This document shows positions 61,472-64,000 of a DNA stretch of 64,000 nucleotides, piece after piece. The notes below the pieces were generated by a model. The model ran no database searches, was not told the DNA's origin, and saw only the letters and a list, made by a program, of their open reading frames with translations. Location: assembly GCF_963921235.1 (NCBI RefSeq), contig NC_086097.1, forward strand, positions 232,192,001 to 232,256,000. Reading direction: 5' to 3'. This DNA comes from Mobula hypostoma (taxonomy: Eukaryota). Positions within the stretch are counted from its first letter, which is position 1. Each line of letters begins with the position of its first letter. Made by a program: the position numbers and the translations under genes.

Positions 61472-63613
61472 ATGGACTCAGCAGAGAGAGAGCAGCTGAC
61501 CTTGGCCATGAGATTCTTTGGTCAGGTCGGAGACAAGCTACAGGCAATGGAATCTGTTCTCAGTGAAGCTACGGAGGCAATGAGGCAAATAACCTCGTGC
61601 CGACAAGCCCAGTCTCACTTGGAGGAACGGGTATCGTCCCTAGCCACAACTGTTCAACAGCTCACCACAAACAATCGGACTCAGGTGTCCGCGATGTCCA
61701 CACTCATGGCCACCGTGCACAACCTTACTGTGAACAGCCAGCATCAGCCGACAGCCATTAATGTTCTCACCAATTCAGCAGCTTCAGGCCGCCTCAGCCC
61801 CATTCCCAGCATCTCGCAGGTCCTCCTTTTCTGCTGCCCCGACAATCTCTGCTACTAATGCCCCTGCTCCCGCGCCCGGACCAGAGCCGACACCCGTGAC
61901 CATACAGGAACCAAGTACTCCACCTCCTGGAAGATATTCTGGTGATCCCAATGGTTGCAGGAATTTTATTACCCAATACGAGCTGACATTCCAAGCCCAG
62001 CCTGGTCGTTTTGGTTACAATATATATTAATGCCTTGGATGAGGGAATTAAATGCAGCATCTCCAAGTTTGCGGATGACACGAAGCTGGGTGGCAGTGTT
62101 AGCAGTGAGGAGGATGCTAAGAGGATGCAGGGTGACTTGGATAGGTTGGGTGAGTGGGCAAACTCATGGCAGATGCAATTTAATGTGGATAAATGTGAAG
62201 TTATCCACTTTGGTGGCAAAAATAGGAAAACAGATTATTATCTGAATGGTGGCCGATTAGGAAAAGGGGAGGTGCAACGAGACCTGGGTGTCATTATACA
62301 CCAGTCATTGAAAGTGGGCATGCAGGTACAGCAGGCGGTGAAAAAGGCGAACGGTATGCTGGCATTTATAGCGAGAGGATTCGAGTACAGGAGCAGGGAG
62401 GTACTACTGCAGTTGTACAAGGCCTTGGTGAGACCACACCTGGAGTATTGTGTGCAGTTTTGGTCCCCTAATCTGAGGAAAGACATCCTTGCCATAGAGG
62501 GAGTACAAAGAAGGTTCACCAGATTGATTCCTGGGATGGCAGGTCTTTCATATGAAGAAAGACTGGATGAACTGGGCTTGTACTCGTTGGAATTTAGAAG
62601 ATTGAGGGGGGATCTGATTGAAACGTATAAGATCCTAAAGGGATTGGACAGGCTAGATGCGGGAAGATTGTTCCCGATGTTGGGGAGGTCTAGAACGAGG
62701 GGTCACAGTTTGAGGATAGAGGGGAAGCCTTTTAGGACCGAGGTTAGGAAAAACTTCTTCACACAGAGAGTGGTGAATCTGTGGAATTCTCTGCCACAGC
62801 AAACTGTTGAGGCCAGTTCATTAGCTATGTTTAAAAGGAAGTTAGATATGGCCCTTGTGGCTACAGGGGTCAGGGGGTATGGAGGGAAGGCTGGGTTCTG
62901 AGTTGGATGATCAGCCATGATCATAATAAATGGCGGTGCAGGCTCGAAGGGCCGAATGGCCTACTCCTGCACCTATTTTCTATGTTTCTATGTTTCTATG
63001 CGTGAAAATTGCCGTACATGGTCAATCTTCTTGATGGACCTCCACTCAGCCTATTCAACGCTTTACAGGAACAAGGATAACCCACAGCCTAGTCGTTCCG
63101 ACACTTCATGGCGGAGTTAAGAAGGATTTTTGCTCTTCCAGTATGGGGTCAGGAGGCTGCCCATCAACTCCTGGACCTGCGCCGTACCCTTGCAGTAGAG
63201 ACGGGATGGAATGAAACATCTCTCATCACTGCCTTCCAGCGTGGACTGAACACAGGGGCCCAGCATGAGATCACTGTCCAGGACGAGCCGGATAGTCTGG
63301 ATGACCTGATTCATCTGGCTATTCGAGATGACGACCAGGTAACTGAGTAGCACAGGGAAAGAATATTTCAAACTTCTTACGCGCCACCTGATCACCGTCT
63401 TTCCTCGCCCTCTTTCCCCTCCTTCATCACCCAGCACCCAGCCCACGGACGAGCCTATGCAAGTGGGGTGCATGTGACTGTCTCAGCAGGAACAAGAGTG
63501 GCGCTGGAGAACAGGTTTCTGCCTCTATTGTGGTGATCCAGGACACTTCCGGGCGGCATGTTCCAAGCATCCAGTAAAAGAGAATACCCGTCAGCAGGGA
63601 GGGGAATCCTGAC
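61472..63613 (+). pseudogene. gag: Gypsy gag (PEG10/RTL1-related type), frameshifted and disrupted by CR1
   Basis: Coiled-coil N-terminus, capsid motifs and CX2CX4HX4C across several broken frames. Confidence 0.85.
62015..63000 (+). mobile_element. Young CR1, 5'-truncated, inserted in gag
   Basis: Uninterrupted frame to 62901 (FADDTK to GYGGKAGF*); (TTTCTATG)3 tail. Confidence 0.95.
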
Positions 63614-64000
63614 AGGTCGGTTCTCTCTTCAGTCAGCTTCCTCTAATTCTGTAATGCTCGCAACTTCCTTCTCGTGGAGGTCTCAGACCCATGAACTTAA
63701 GGCGCATATTGTCTCCGGTACAGCCGGGAATCTTATGGACATCTCTCTCACTCAAAGATGCGGAGTTCCAACTCAGGAATTAAGAGAATCAATCAATGTC
63801 AAGGCACTGGACGGTCAACCTCTGGGTACTGACCAGATCCACCTTTCCACCCAACCCTTCCAACTGGTGTTCAAAGGCAACCATCGTGAAGAAGTATCTT
63901 TCTATCTGTTTAATTCACCTGAACTACCACTGGTACTTGGTCTCCCCTGGTTATCCCCACATAACCCATGGATCGATTGGTCTCTGAAGGTACTCCAAGA

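Larger units (their letters stand above)
61032..64000 (+). mobile_element. Sushi-like Ty3/Gypsy LTR retrotransposon (5' LTR, gag, protease); runs off the window end
   Basis: LTR followed by gag motifs PGRYSGDPNGCRNFITQ, TLAVETGWNE..L..AFQRGL, EPMQVG, CLYCGDPGHFRAAC (CCHC), and protease-region ALDGQPLG and LVLGLPWLSPHNPWIDWS. Confidence 0.9.

Noticed and set aside
61472..63990. Domesticated PEG10/RTL1-like gene
   Set aside because: It retains an LTR, has frameshifts and a CR1 insertion, and the protease catalytic Asp is lost (IVSGT).
1..64000. CRISPR array, prokaryotic operon, tRNA/rRNA genes
   Set aside because: No regularly spaced repeats or gene-dense organisation; tRNA-like boxes occur only as SINE heads.

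Overview
Repeat-dense vertebrate intergenic or intronic DNA. The repeat complement (CR1 LINEs with (TTTCTATG)n tails, V-SINEs, Neptune-type Penelope elements, Rex1/Babar) suggests a cartilaginous fish such as a ray, which is inference only. I found no intact host protein-coding exon, tRNA/rRNA gene or CRISPR array. Most of the window is nested, decayed transposons: a young CR1 family (4 copies, one with nearly all of ORF2), older CR1s, Rex1/Babar, RTE, L1, Penelope elements and their palindromic mini-derivatives, deleted Tc1 and Chapaev3 DNA transposons, and the 5' part of a sushi-like Gypsy element. The most unusual item is a ~180-bp GC-rich piece matching coding exon 1 of ZFTRAF1/CYHR1 (recognised from memory). 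It sits inside an RTE-type SINE in circularly permuted order (37260-37439), the expected footprint of a re-integrated small circle. The window also holds Penelope hammerhead ribozyme motifs, a twister-like remnant, and a covarying structured RTE leader. Most repeat boundaries are approximate, and family names come from motif recognition, not database searches.
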